From NCBI GenBank assembly GCA_965213675.1, contig OZ243916.1:1600001-1664000 (forward strand): a stretch of 64,000 bases of DNA. Direction: 5' to 3'. This document shows positions 9,452-19,776 of the stretch, piece by piece; within the stretch, counting starts at the first letter, position 1; each line of letters begins with the position of its first letter. The position numbers and the translations under genes were made by a program. The notes under the pieces were generated by a model. That model searched no databases. It saw only the letters and a program-made list of their open reading frames with translations, and was not told where the DNA came from. This DNA comes from an uncultured Candidatus Binatia bacterium (GTDB taxonomy: Bacteria > Desulfobacterota > Binatia > UBA9968 > JAJDTQ01).

Positions 9452-11161
9452 TTGCACCTGCCGCGTCTTAACGGTCAGGTTTCCCCTCTCCTGTTCATCG
9501 CGTTGCTGCCCATGGCGCTCGTGGCGATGTTCATCCTGGTGATCATCTGGGTGAGCGTTCAGAGCGGGACCCTGGGCACGGCCCACTCCGCCTATACCCT
9601 GGAGAACTACCGTGACGTGCTGGGAGACTCCGCCATCTATGGCGTGGTGTGGAACACCCTGTGGTTCGCGTTGTCCACGGTCTTCTTCGCATTGATCATC
9701 GGGTTGCCCATCGCTTGGCTGACCGAGCGCACCACCATCCCATGGAAGCCCGCCATCTACGTCATCATGACGCTGGGGCTTCTGATCCCCGGTATCTTCG
9801 TGGCCATGGGCTGGACCTTCATCGCCCATCCGCGCATCGGCTTCATCAACCGCTGGCTGGTGGACCTGCTGGAACTCGACAACGGCCCCGTGAACATCGC
9901 CACCCCCTTGGGCATGGGCTTCGTGCAGGGGCTCAACCTGGCGCCGCTGGCCTTCATCCTCACGACGCAGATGTTCCGCGCCATGAACCCCATGCTGGAG
10001 GAGGCCGCGCGCACCGCCGGCATGAGCGCCGCCGCTACCCTGCGCCGGGTGACGATTCCCCTGGCCGGACCCGCCATCCTGGCCGCGGTCATCTACATCT
10101 TCATCGTCGGCATCGCCACCTTCGACGTGCCCGCGGTCATCGGACTCGGCAACCGGGTCTACCTCTTCAGCACGTACCTGTTCACCATCACGTTTCCCGA
10201 GGACATGGAGCCGCGATACGGCATCACCGGTGCGGTGGGTGTGCTCATGATCGTGTTGGCGCTGGGGCTCACCGCGTGGTACGGCCGGGTGCTGCAACGC
10301 GGTAACCGCTACCAGGTCATCACCGGCAAGGGCTACCGCCCCAAGATGCTCGACCTGGGCCGGTGGAACTGGGCCGCGTGGGCGATGATCGGTGGCTACG
10401 CCGTCCTCTCCAAGGTCGTGCCCATCGGTCTGGTGGGTTTCATCTCGTTCGCGCCGTATGTCGCGCCGCCGTCGCTGGAAATGTGGGAGCAACTCTCGCT
10501 CCAGAACTTTTACAACGTCAACTGGGAACTCGTGTGGCGCGGCATGAAGCACACGCTGATCCTGATGTTCGTGGTGCCGATCCTGGTGCTGGTGTGCGCC
10601 TTCGCCATCTCATGGCTGGTGGTGCGCACGCGCAGCCGCGGGCGCTACGCGCTGGAGTTCGGCGCGTTCCTGCCCCACACGGTGCCCGAACTGCTCTTCG
10701 CCATCGGCGCGCTGCTGGTGGCGCTGTTCGTGTTGAGGGACTACGTGCCGCTGTACGGCAGCGTGTGGCTCATCGCCTTGGTCTATCTCGTGACGCGGCT
10801 GCCCTTCGCCACCCGCGCCCTGAACGGCGCGCTGCTGCAGATCCACAAGGAACTGGAAGAAGCCGCCTACGTGTCCGGGCTCACCATGCTGCGCGCCAAC
10901 CGGCGAGTGCTGCTGCCCCTCTTGCGTCCCACGCTCATGTCCGTGTGGATGTGGACCGCCCTGCTCGTCTATCGCGAGGTGACCGTGGCCGTGTTCCTCG
11001 CCACCGAGAGCAATATCACCCTCACCGCGGTGGTGTGGAGCTACTGGGCCGCCGCCGGCATGACCGAAGCCTCGGTGGTGACGACCCTGATGATCCTGTT
11101 CTTCTCGCCGCTGCTGCTGATGTTCTGGATCTTCGGCCGGCGCAGCGCCATGGAACAATGA
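9452..11161 (+). CDS. ABC transporter permease (FbpB-like, two fused TM domains)
   Basis: Two EAA motifs (LEEAARTAG, LEEAAYVSG). Start uncertain. Confidence 0.9.
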   Translation: MHLPRLNGQVSPLLFIALLPMALVAMFILVIIWVSVQSGTLGTAHSAYTLENYRDVLGDSAIYGVVWNTLWFALSTVFFALIIGLPIAWLTERTTIPWKPAIYVIMTLGLLIPGIFVAMGWTFIAHPRIGFINRWLVDLLELDNGPVNIATPLGMGFVQGLNLAPLAFILTTQMFRAMNPMLEEAARTAGMSAAATLRRVTIPLAGPAILAAVIYIFIVGIATFDVPAVIGLGNRVYLFSTYLFTITFPEDMEPRYGITGAVGVLMIVLALGLTAWYGRVLQRGNRYQVITGKGYRPKMLDLGRWNWAAWAMIGGYAVLSKVVPIGLVGFISFAPYVAPPSLEMWEQLSLQNFYNVNWELVWRGMKHTLILMFVVPILVLVCAFAISWLVVRTRSRGRYALEFGAFLPHTVPELLFAIGALLVALFVLRDYVPLYGSVWLIALVYLVTRLPFATRALNGALLQIHKELEEAAYVSGLTMLRANRRVLLPLLRPTLMSVWMWTALLVYREVTVAVFLATESNITLTAVVWSYWAAAGMTEASVVTTLMILFFSPLLLMFWIFGRRSAMEQ

Positions 11162-11232
11162 CGCAAGGGCGTCCTTCGCTTCGCTGCGCGCAGGACGCCC
11201 TTGCAATCCCAACGACCGTTGGAGCCTCGTTC

Positions 11233-12306
11233 ATGATCCGCATTCGCAAGCTGGAAAAGATTTTCGACTCGTCCCGCGGCCCGGTGCGCGCCGTCGACGG
11301 CATCGACCTGGAGGTGGCCGAGGGAGAGTTCATGGTGCTGCTGGGGCCCAGCGGCTGCGGCAAGACCACCACCCTGCGCTGCGTGGCCGGACTGGAGCGG
11401 CCCGACGGCGGTTCCATCGAGATCGACGGCGAACTGGTGGACAGCGCCGGGGGCGGCGCCTACGTGCCGCCGGAGCGCCGCGACATCGGCATGGTGTTCC
11501 AGAGCTACGCCGTGTGGCCGCACCTGAACGTGTACCAGAACGTGGTGCTGCCGCTCACCGAGGGGCAGCGGCGCATTCCGCGCTCGGAGGTGCGGGAGCG
11601 GGCGCGGGAGGCGCTCCGGCTGGTGCGGCTGGACGGTCTGGAGGAGCGCCCGGTCACGGACCTGAGCGGCGGCCAGCAGCAGCGCGTGGCGCTGGCCCGG
11701 GCAGTGGTCACCCGGCCCAAGGTGCTGCTCATGGACGAGCCTCTGAGCAATCTGGACGCGCGCCTGCGCGACCAGATGCGCGACGAGTTGCGCCGCATCG
11801 CCGAGTCCGTCAACGTCACCTCTCTGTACGTCACCCACGATCAGGCCGAAGCCCTGAGCCTGGGCGACCGCGTGTGCGTCATGAACGCGGGCGAAATCCT
11901 GCAGCTCGCCACGCCCAAGCAGGTGTACTCCGAGCCTCCCAACATCTTCGTCGCCCGCTTCGTCGGGGAGATGAACTTCCTCCCGGCCAAGGTGGTGGAC
12001 GCCGGCCGGGTGGAGTCGGGCGTGGGCATTGTCGAATGCGCCGTGCCGCCGGCGTGCGCGCCGGGCGCCGCGGTCACCCTGGGCATCCGTCCCGAGCACA
12101 TTCGCATGGAAGTGGGTGAACCCGCCGGGACCATGCGCGGTCAGGTCTTGCGCCAGACCTATCTGGGCGACGCCCTTCACTGCCAAGTGCAGGTGGGCGA
12201 GGTGGAACTGACCGTCAAGGCCGTGGGCGACGCCGAGTACGCCCGCGGCGAGACCGTCGGCGTTTCCCTGGCTGGGAGGGGCTGGCACGTGTTCCCGGAG
12301 ACGTAG
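11233..12306 (+). CDS. ABC transporter ATP-binding protein (PotA/FbpC-like)
   Basis: GPSGCGKT, LSGGQQQR, DEPLSNLD; TOBE-like C-terminus. Confidence 0.95.
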   Translation: MIRIRKLEKIFDSSRGPVRAVDGIDLEVAEGEFMVLLGPSGCGKTTTLRCVAGLERPDGGSIEIDGELVDSAGGGAYVPPERRDIGMVFQSYAVWPHLNVYQNVVLPLTEGQRRIPRSEVRERAREALRLVRLDGLEERPVTDLSGGQQQRVALARAVVTRPKVLLMDEPLSNLDARLRDQMRDELRRIAESVNVTSLYVTHDQAEALSLGDRVCVMNAGEILQLATPKQVYSEPPNIFVARFVGEMNFLPAKVVDAGRVESGVGIVECAVPPACAPGAAVTLGIRPEHIRMEVGEPAGTMRGQVLRQTYLGDALHCQVQVGEVELTVKAVGDAEYARGETVGVSLAGRGWHVFPET

Positions 12307-12335
12307 AGGGAGCGCCGGAGGACAAAGGACACACC

Positions 12336-13271
12336 ATGGCTTTGATCATCAGTGCGGCACAGACTCGCGAACTCGTGGACATGACCGTCTGCATCCGCCT
12401 CCTCGACCGCATGTTCCGTGACCGTGCCGCGGGCAAGGTCCGCGCCGTCCCGCGCCGCAGGCTCCAGGGCACCTCCAAGCAACTCAACGTCATGGCCGCG
12501 TGGCACCAGGACACGGGACTCATGGCGCTGCGCAGCTACGTCGCCAAGGCCAACACCATCTCGCTCTATGACAGCGACGCCGGCGCCCTCAAGGCGATCA
12601 TGAGCGCGGCGTATCTCAGCAGCCTGCGCACCGGCGCGGCCACCGGAGTGGCGGCGAAGTACCTGGCCCCTCGGAAGCCCGGCGTCCTGGGTCTCATCGG
12701 CCCCGGGTGGCAGGGGACATTCCAGGTGGAGGCCGTGGTCAAGGCCTGCCGGCCCAAGCGGGTGCTGGTGTTCGGCCGCAACGCCAAGCGGCGCCAGGGT
12801 TTCATCGAGGCCATGCGCAAGGTGGTGAAGACGCCCTTCGGTGTGGCCGAATCCCTGGACGAGGTGGAGAGCGAGTCCGACGTCCTGGTGATCTCCACCA
12901 ATTCCACCACCCCCATCATCGACGGCAAGCGGCTCAAGGACAACGTCCTGGTGGCCACCATCGGCGCCAACCAGACGGTGAAGCACGAAGTCTCCGGCCG
13001 GCTCATCAGATCCATGGACCTGGTGGTCACCGACGACCTCGACACTGCCCGGAACGACAGCGGCGATCTCATCGCCGCCTGCGCCAGGCGGCAACTGCGC
13101 TGGCGCGACGTGGCGCCGCTGGAGAGCATCGTCGCCGGCGGCGTTCCGGGTGAGCCGCACAAGGTGCTGTTCCAGTCCAACGGCATACCCGACGAGGACC
13201 TGGCCGTAGGCGCCTACGTGCTACGCCAAGCGCTGCGGAAGAAGATGCGGTTGCAGGAAATCGACCTGTAG
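12336..13271 (+). CDS. Ornithine cyclodeaminase/mu-crystallin family protein
   Basis: LRTGAATG, IGPGWQG, FQSNG...EDLA. Confidence 0.88.
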   Translation: MALIISAAQTRELVDMTVCIRLLDRMFRDRAAGKVRAVPRRRLQGTSKQLNVMAAWHQDTGLMALRSYVAKANTISLYDSDAGALKAIMSAAYLSSLRTGAATGVAAKYLAPRKPGVLGLIGPGWQGTFQVEAVVKACRPKRVLVFGRNAKRRQGFIEAMRKVVKTPFGVAESLDEVESESDVLVISTNSTTPIIDGKRLKDNVLVATIGANQTVKHEVSGRLIRSMDLVVTDDLDTARNDSGDLIAACARRQLRWRDVAPLESIVAGGVPGEPHKVLFQSNGIPDEDLAVGAYVLRQALRKKMRLQEIDL

Positions 13272-13488
13272 AGACGACTGGCGGTCGCCCTTGCCGTGGC
13301 ACCCGTCCCGAGGGCGAACCGCCGGTCGCCCACACACGGACATGGATACCCGACCCATCCACCGCTACGCGGCTCAGCGCTGTCGCAAGGGTCTGCGCAA
13401 TCCGTTGGGCGTATTCAGCCTTGAGTTCACCCCGCCACCTGTATCGCTTGTCACATCCGTGAACTCGGAACCCCCTTCGGCTTCTCGC

Positions 13489-13764
13489 TTCGTCGCCGTT
13501 CGACAGAAAGACGAACGGCACCCCGAGCTGTCTCGCGTAGTGCCGGCCCTGGTCCTGCGCCGCGACGGGATCGATGCTCGCGCGCTTGGCCTCAAGCACG
13601 GCCATCGGCCGGCCCTGCCGGTCGCAGAGGACGTAGTCGGCCTGCGTCCCGTCCGGCAACGCGTGTTCGAAAAAGACGTTTGAGGCGTCGGTGAGGTTCC
13701 AGCCGGCATCCTCGAGCAGGGCGTCGATCTTGACGCGCGCAAAGGCTTCGGTCGTACCGCTCAT
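13489..13764 (-). pseudogene. Truncated type I restriction HsdR N-terminal (nuclease) fragment
   Basis: EAFARVKIDALL..AGW, ADYVL....P.AVLEAK, Q..HYA, FLSNG. Similarity ends after ~92 aa and no helicase domain follows. Confidence 0.75.
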
Positions 13765-14183
13765 GCCACCGCCCAGGGATCAACGAGTTCGACTTCCGTA
13801 CCTTCGAAATCCCGTACGTTGCGCGTCACCAGGACAGCGCCACGGGAGCGGGATATGGCGGCAATCTGACAGTCTGCCTCGCCGATCGGCCGACCTGCGC
13901 GGCGACGGACAGATGCGATCTCCGCATAGGCTCGAGCCGCGGCGCTGTCGAACGGCAGAATCCGTTGCGTGAACCCGAGATCGAGCCACTCGCGCATGGC
14001 GGCTTCCAGTACCCTTCGCCGCTTGCCGGCCGGCATGATCGCGACGCCGTACAGCAGTTCCGCTTCGCTCACGGCCGTCAGATACATCGCCTCCACGTCC
14101 TGCCCAGCTATCCACGCCGCCACGGCAGGATTCGGCGCGGGGCGCATGAGTTCGGACGCGACATTGGTGTCAATGACAAACAT
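13761..14183 (-). CDS. VapC/FitB PIN-domain toxin
   Basis: IDTNVASE, AELLYG, DCQIAAI, LVTRNVRDF. Confidence 0.93.
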   Translation of the reverse strand: MFVIDTNVASELMRPAPNPAVAAWIAGQDVEAMYLTAVSEAELLYGVAIMPAGKRRRVLEAAMREWLDLGFTQRILPFDSAAARAYAEIASVRRRAGRPIGEADCQIAAISRSRGAVLVTRNVRDFEGTEVELVDPWAVA

Positions 14184-14193
14184 CCCAAGCGTT

Positions 14194-14439
14194 TCAGGAG
14201 AAGTCTGGAGGCTCGCGCATGGGGCCGCGCGGAGGAAGTTCGAGCTCGACGCCGCCAAGGGGCGCGAAGCACTCCCGGGTAAACTTCGCCAGATCCCGGG
14301 GACCGGTCCGCCCGCCGTCCACCGCGTCACGCAGGATGACGCGCACCTCTTCCTCCATGGAACGGTGGTGCTCGGCCGCGCGCACGCGCAGGCGCGTCTT
14401 CACCTCGTGGTCGAGATTGCGGATCGTGATACTCGCCAT
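14194..14439 (-). CDS. FitA-like ribbon-helix-helix antitoxin
   Basis: MASITIRNLD..VKTRLRVRAA...RSMEEEVRVIL; lies upstream of vapC. Confidence 0.92.
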   Translation of the reverse strand: MASITIRNLDHEVKTRLRVRAAEHHRSMEEEVRVILRDAVDGGRTGPRDLAKFTRECFAPLGGVELELPPRGPMREPPDFS

Positions 14440-14472
14440 GGTCATCTTCCCATGGTTGTGAATTTAAGCGGG

Positions 14473-14487
14473 GATTGCGATGCAATC
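14473..14487. promoter_or_regulatory. Candidate TA autoregulatory operator
   Basis: GATTGC-N3-GCAATC perfect inverted repeat upstream of the antitoxin. Confidence 0.5.
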
Positions 14488-14652
14488 AAGATGCTGTGCA
14501 TGTGCCCTGCATCTCTCACGGTATAACCGCTCTGATTCGGCCCAGAGAGGCTGATCTGCCTCTAAGGTCCCTCTGCGCATTGTCGCGCATGTGCGTCGAG
14601 CAGGTGGAACTCAATAGTGTATCTACCCGGCCCCAACGTGCGCTTGTACGGG

Positions 14653-14689
14653 TTCGTGCAGGGGTGACCGCCGGTCGCCCCTGCACGAA
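14653..14689. repeat. REP-like palindrome (G[T/C]AGGGGCGACC..GGTCGCCCCTGC family)
   Basis: Long hairpin; related copies at ~4190-4216, 13268-13335, 35424-35449, 51078-51094 and 53534-53570. Confidence 0.7.
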
Positions 14690-14711
14690 GAGGCGGCGAG
14701 GGGTGATCGAA

Positions 14712-15737
14712 TCAGCTCGCCACGCCGTACAGCCGCTTGGCGGAGTCGGCCAGCAACCACTTCTTGTCCTCGGGGGACAGGTCCTCGCGCCGGCCGAGGT
14801 GGTCGATGTTCTCCGGGAACTCCATGTCCCAGTGGGGATAGTCGGACGCATAGTAGAGCACGTCGGGGCTCAGCCACTTGCCCGTCTCGCCGATGAACGG
14901 CTCGTAGTCCTCGGCGTGGAAGTAGATGTTGCGGCTGCGCACGTACTCGCTGGGTCTCTTCTTGCACAGCGGCGCCTCCGCCGCGCCGCGCTTCTCCCAT
15001 TCCTCGTCCATGCGTCCGGCCCAGTAGGGCGCCCATGAGCAGCCCGCCTCCATGAAAGCCACCCGGAGATTCGGGAACCGGTCCATCACGCCGCGGAAGA
15101 TCATGCTGGTCATCTGCATCATCTGCGCGAACGCGTGGGACAGGGTGTGGACCTCGATGAACTGATCGAAACCGTCGGCGCCGAAGTACTGCGGCCCGCG
15201 CACGGTAGCGTGCACGCCCACCATGCAGTTGAGCTTCTCCGCCTCCTCGTAGATGGGCCAGTAGTCCTGGTGCCCCAGCGGCAGCCGCAGCCCCACGGCG
15301 GGCAGCATAAGCCCGGTGAGCTGCAACTCCTGGACCGCCCGGCGCAGTTCCTTCACCGCCTCGGGCACGTCCTGGAACGACACCAGCGCCACCCCTTTGA
15401 GCCTCGGGCTGACCTTCTGGAACTCCTCCGAGACGAAGTCGTTCCACGCCTTGCACAGCGCCACCGCCAGGTCCGGCTCGCGGATCCAGCCGATGCCGAG
15501 GCCGCCGGTGGGATAGAGGTACGCCGTGGTGAGGCCGCCCTCGTCCATGGCGTTCAGCCACGTCCTGGCGTCACACGCCGTCGTCCCCAGGGTCCCGCCG
15601 ATGGAACGGTCCCAGTTGTCGATGGGGTAGAGGGTCGAGGTCCGGTCCACCCACGGCGCCTCCATGTACTTCTTGAGTTGCGCGTCGGTCTCGGTGATGT
15701 GCCCGTCCGCATCGATGACTTCGATATCTCTGGCCAT
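14712..15737 (-). CDS. Amidohydrolase family 2 (LigW/ACMSD-like) protein
   Basis: IDADGH, FPNLRVAFMEAG, SDYPHWD. Confidence 0.92.
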   Translation of the reverse strand: MARDIEVIDADGHITETDAQLKKYMEAPWVDRTSTLYPIDNWDRSIGGTLGTTACDARTWLNAMDEGGLTTAYLYPTGGLGIGWIREPDLAVALCKAWNDFVSEEFQKVSPRLKGVALVSFQDVPEAVKELRRAVQELQLTGLMLPAVGLRLPLGHQDYWPIYEEAEKLNCMVGVHATVRGPQYFGADGFDQFIEVHTLSHAFAQMMQMTSMIFRGVMDRFPNLRVAFMEAGCSWAPYWAGRMDEEWEKRGAAEAPLCKKRPSEYVRSRNIYFHAEDYEPFIGETGKWLSPDVLYYASDYPHWDMEFPENIDHLGRREDLSPEDKKWLLADSAKRLYGVAS

Positions 15738-16130
15738 GGCTTCCTCCTCGATCAGGTTGGTCGTCCATACGAACGCCGGCGGCACGGCAGGGCTGGATGT
15801 GGGATGGAGTGCGCTTACGCGCGAGGAGGCAGCCCCGTGGCGTGAGCGGCCGCGGTCAACGCCAGATCGACTCTAGGGCCATCCCCGGTGGGTTGTCAAG
15901 GTGAACGGTGGGTGCGTAGGGTGTGAGAACCACGCGCCGAAGGGCGTCCAGATCGCGCTTCCTGACCGCTCGAACCGCCGGGCGACAAAAGCTGTTTAGC
16001 CTTCGACATTTAGCCCGAGCGGCGCTTGAGCGGCAGCGGCCGCCGCACATGTTCCCGCAGTGCAGGGTCGAGCCGTGCACACGTTTCCGCTCTGCAGCGT
16101 CGCCGCCCGTCGCGACGGCACGGCGGGCGA

Positions 16131-16159
16131 TTGCGGCGTGTAACGTGGCGCGCTACAGT
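16131..16159 (+). promoter_or_regulatory. higBA promoter with embedded operator
   Basis: TTGCGG-N17-TACAGT; imperfect IR TGTAACG-N5-CGCTACA. Confidence 0.6.
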
Positions 16160-16164
16160 GAGTC

Positions 16165-16437
16165 ATGAGGATCAAGCACAAGGGACTACGGGCGCTGCAC
16201 GAACGCGACGACGCGGCGCGGCTTCCCGCTGGTCTCGTGCCACGGCTTCGGCGCATCCTGTTCCGGCTGCAAGAGGCGACGCATCCGGGCAGCGCCGACG
16301 CGCCGGGCTTCCGGCTGCATCCCCTGAAGGGCGACCGTGCGGGCCAGTGGAGCGTCCGGGTCTCGGGCAACTGGCGCGTGGTGTTCCGCTTCGAGGACGG
16401 CGAGACCGTGGACGTGGACCTGATCGACTACCACTGA
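16165..16437 (+). CDS. higB: HigB-family (RelE/ParE superfamily) toxin
   Basis: HKGLR.L.E, LHPLKGDRAGQWSVRVSGNWRVVFRF, DYH end. Confidence 0.93.
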   Translation: MRIKHKGLRALHERDDAARLPAGLVPRLRRILFRLQEATHPGSADAPGFRLHPLKGDRAGQWSVRVSGNWRVVFRFEDGETVDVDLIDYH

Positions 16438-16456
16438 CCGAATGGGAGCACTGACC

Positions 16457-16771
16457 ATGAAGGACATTGGAAACGAGCGCGTCGGCCCGATGCTGAACCC
16501 GCCGCACCTGGGCGAACTCATCCGCGAGAGCATGGACGATGTGGGCTGGAACGTGACCGAGACGGCGGAGCGGCTTGGCTGCGAGCGCGGAACGCTGTCG
16601 CGGCTGCTGAACGGAAAGGCGGGAGTATCCGCGAACATGGCGTTGGCGCTGGAGGACATCGGCTGGGGCACCGCCGAGCACTGGATGCGGATGCAGGCGA
16701 GCTACGAGCTTGCACAGGCGCGCCGGGAGAGGACCACCGCCGAACGGCACACGGACGGGCCGCACGCATGA
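16457..16771 (+). CDS. higA: HigA-family antitoxin (XRE HTH)
   Basis: PPHLGELIRE, LSRLLNGK, WMRMQASYEL. Start uncertain (16442/16457/16490). Confidence 0.9.
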   Translation: MKDIGNERVGPMLNPPHLGELIRESMDDVGWNVTETAERLGCERGTLSRLLNGKAGVSANMALALEDIGWGTAEHWMRMQASYELAQARRERTTAERHTDGPHA

Positions 16772-16886
16772 TGGGCCGGCGCGCCGGCGCGGACGGACGG
16801 GGTACTGTCCCGGCGGCTGTCCACCATGCGTTTGCGGCCAACGGCGGGCCATCCGATGCGCGGATCAGAGCGGGCGGTGCGGCCTG

Positions 16887-17349
16887 ATGCGCCTGTCATG
16901 GAACGAAGTTCGCGCCCGCGCCGCCGCGTTCGCCGGGGAGTGGAAGGCCGCGGCCTGCGAGAAGGGCGAGACGCAGAGCTTCTATAACGAGTTCTTCCAG
17001 GTCTTCGGAAAGCGTCTTCGCGATGTTGCCCGCTACGAGCAGCATGTCGCCAAGCTCGATAACCGCTCGGGCTTCATCGACCTGTTTTGGCCGGGCGTGC
17101 TGCTCGTTGAACAGAAAAGCGCCGGGCGCGATCTCGGCAAGGCGTATGAGCAGGCCGGCGACTATTTCGACGCGCTGCCGGAACGCGAGCGCCCGCGCTT
17201 CATCCTGGTGAGCGACTTCCAGACCTTCGAGCTTCACGATCTCGACGAGCGTGAGGTTGTGGCCTTCCCGCTTGCGGACCTGCCGGCGCATGTCGAGTCG
17301 TTCGGCTTCATCCTCGGGGTGCAGCGCCGGACGTTCCGCGACCAGGACC
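16887..17349 (+). pseudogene. Truncated MmeI-like type IIL restriction-modification enzyme (N-terminal nuclease domain)
   Basis: MRLSWNEVRARA, EKGETQSFYNEFF, GFIDLFWPG.LLVEQKS. Similarity breaks at the junction with the integrase. Confidence 0.82.
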
Positions 17350-18493
17350 ACCTCAACCTACCGACCCTCTCCGCCGCTTCGACAAGGTGCGCATCGTCAA
17401 GGTGGGCGTAGCCGGCGGTCGTGCGGTGGCGGCGGTGCCCGAGGAGCTTGCCCACCAGCGGCAGGTTCTCGCCCGCCATGACGGCTTGGCTGGCTGCCGT
17501 GTGGCGCAGGTCGTGCAGGCGCAGCCTGCCGAGCCCGGCCTCGGCGCAGACCGTCCGCCAGCAGGTCGTGAGGCTCCATTCGCCCCTGCCTTCGGCGTGG
17601 CGCGGGAACAGGAACGCATTCGCCTTGCGCGCGCCGGGCAGCCCCTCGATGAGCGCCCGCGCGACCTCGCCGAGCGGCACGGCGCGCGGGCCAGTCTTCG
17701 AGTCTTCGAGAGCGATGGCATCCTCGCCGATGTCGCGCCAGCGAAGAGCGAGCACTTCGCTCCGGCGGCAGCCGGTGAGCGCGAGCAGCCGGATGGCAGC
17801 GACGGCCTCGGACCAGCGGTCCTCGCGCGCGTCGAGCGCGCGCCCGAGCCGGGCCAGCTCGTCGGTGTCGAGGAACCGGGCAACGTTGTTCCTCGGGTTT
17901 TTCGCGATGCCGAGACAGGGGTTGGAGCCGCGTTCGCGCAATCCCCAGTCCTCAGCCCGGTTCATCATCGCGCGCAGTATCTCGAAGGCGCGGTTGGCCG
18001 CGCCGGGCTTGTCCCTGCTGGCTGCGTCGAACCACGCGGCCACGTCTTGCGCGCCGATGCGGTCGAGAGGCATCCTGCCGAAGGCGGGCAGGATGCGGGC
18101 CTTGAGATAGATGCGCACGGTCCTGCGCCCGGAGGGCTTCCAGTGCGGTTCCGAGCGGCGCAGATACTCGTCCGCAAACGTGCGCAGCGTCGGGGTCTCC
18201 TTCTCGCGTTGGATGTCGTCGGCGGGGTTGTCGGCGGGGTTGTCGCCCGCGCGGATGCGCGCGAGCATGTCGCGGGCGCGGCGGCGGGCCTCCGCAAGCT
18301 CGATCTCGCCGTGGCGAGCGATGACGATGCGGCGGCTCCGTCCCTCGATGCGGGCCTGCACGATCCAGACCTTGCGGCCCGACGGGTGGATGCGGAGCCC
18401 GAAGCCGGTGACCGCCTTGTCGAACAGGATGGTGTCCTTGCCGTTGGACCTGCTCTCGCGGGCAAGGCGCGGGGTGAGGTCAAATGTGGACAT
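17350..18493 (-). mobile_element. Tyrosine recombinase/integrase 2 (arm-binding + catalytic domain), extreme C-terminus replaced
   Basis: TGCRRSE, DSKTG, HDLRH, LLGH, TTAGYAH. The frame reads on into antisense MmeI DNA and stops at 17234. Confidence 0.85.
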
Positions 18494-18518
18494 AGCCGAT
18501 GGGTCCCCTGGGCTGGGT

Positions 18519-19507
18519 CTAGGGACCGGCCTGGGCCGGACGCACGGTGCTGGACGTCGGCCCGCCGCCTTCCTCCCTTCCGGCCAGGGCCGCATGGATG
18601 CGGTTCGATACCCGGTCGGCGGCGTCGGCGGACGGGCGGGAAAGAGATACGGGCAATCGGGGCCGTATCGCGGGATGGCGTCGATCACCGCGCGGGCGGC
18701 GCTCGACAGCCAGACCGTGCGCGGCCCGGACTTCGAATCCGGAAGATGGATGCGCCTGTCCTTGATCCAGTCCCATTCGAGGGAGGCGATCTCGCCGAAG
18801 CGGCAGCCGGTCAGCATCAGCAGCCGGACGATGGCGACGATGTGCGGACACCAGAACTCGTCGCGGGTCAGCACGGCGTTGAGCCGGGCCATTTCCTCCG
18901 CTGTGAGGAACCGCTCCACCGGCTTCACCTTGTAGCGCCTGGTGTTCTTGCACGGATTGGAGTTGTGGGGGCGGTATCCCCAAAGCTCGGCCATGCGCAT
19001 CATGACCGACAGGGTGGGCATGGCGCGGTTGGCGCTGCCGGGCTTGTCGGCCATGGACGCGAACCAGTCCCTGACGTGCTCGACGGCGATGGCGTCCACG
19101 GTCATATGACCGAAGGCGGGCAGGATGTGATTGCGGACGAAATATGCGCTGGCCGTCAGCGTCCGGGGCTTCCAGTGCCGGGCGTAGCGTTCGAGGAACT
19201 CGGCGGCGAAGGCGTCCATCGGATGCCCCGGCGTCCTGGGTCCGTTGTCCGTCTTCGCCGGTTCGATGTAGCTGGCGATCAGCTTTCGGGCCTCGCGCCG
19301 CGCCTCGGGGATGGTCATGGCATCAGCGCTGCCGATGGTGGCGTAGCGCCTACGCCCGCGCACCATGCGGGCCAGGAACCAGGTACGGACTCCGGTGGGC
19401 TGGATGGCGAGCGCGAGTCCGCTCACCACGTCGTCACGGACTTCGTACTTCTTGGCGCGGGGTTTGGCGGCGCGGACGCGCCGGGCGAACGTGGATTGTT
19501 CGGCCAT
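18519..19507 (-). pseudogene. Tyrosine recombinase/integrase 1 with internal deletion/frameshift near 18625
   Basis: TGCRFGE and DSKSG are present but HxxRH, GH and the catalytic Tyr are absent. The natural tail DAADRVSNRIHAAL lies in another frame, with a stop at 18519. Confidence 0.75.
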
Positions 19508-19740
19508 GGTCGCGGCTCCTCGTTCGGGCCGCGCGGCTGGGCGGTAATGCAGGAAGCAGCCGCGGCGGCGTTTCGTCGGGGAAGCCGCGCGCCGGAGTGG
19601 GACGGGACGGGCCGTAAGGCCCTGTAGTCACGGGACTTTCTGCCCGTTCATGCGAAGGCGGGCGCTGGCGGGAAGGGCACCATCGGTGCGTGGGGTGTGA
19701 GTCCGTCTCCGTTTCTCGCCACCACGAGGCGCCACCGGGG

Positions 19741-19769
19741 TTGACGAAGTAGCCACGGGTGGCTACCGT
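19741..19769 (+). promoter_or_regulatory. TA promoter with perfect palindromic operator
   Basis: TTGACG-N17-TACCGT; GTAGCCAC-GG-GTGGCTAC at 19749-19766. Confidence 0.72.
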
Positions 19770-19776
19770 CGCAATC

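Noticed and set aside
19508-19740. tRNA/att site beside the integrases
   Set aside because: No tRNA-like sequence or flanking direct repeat could be identified by eye.
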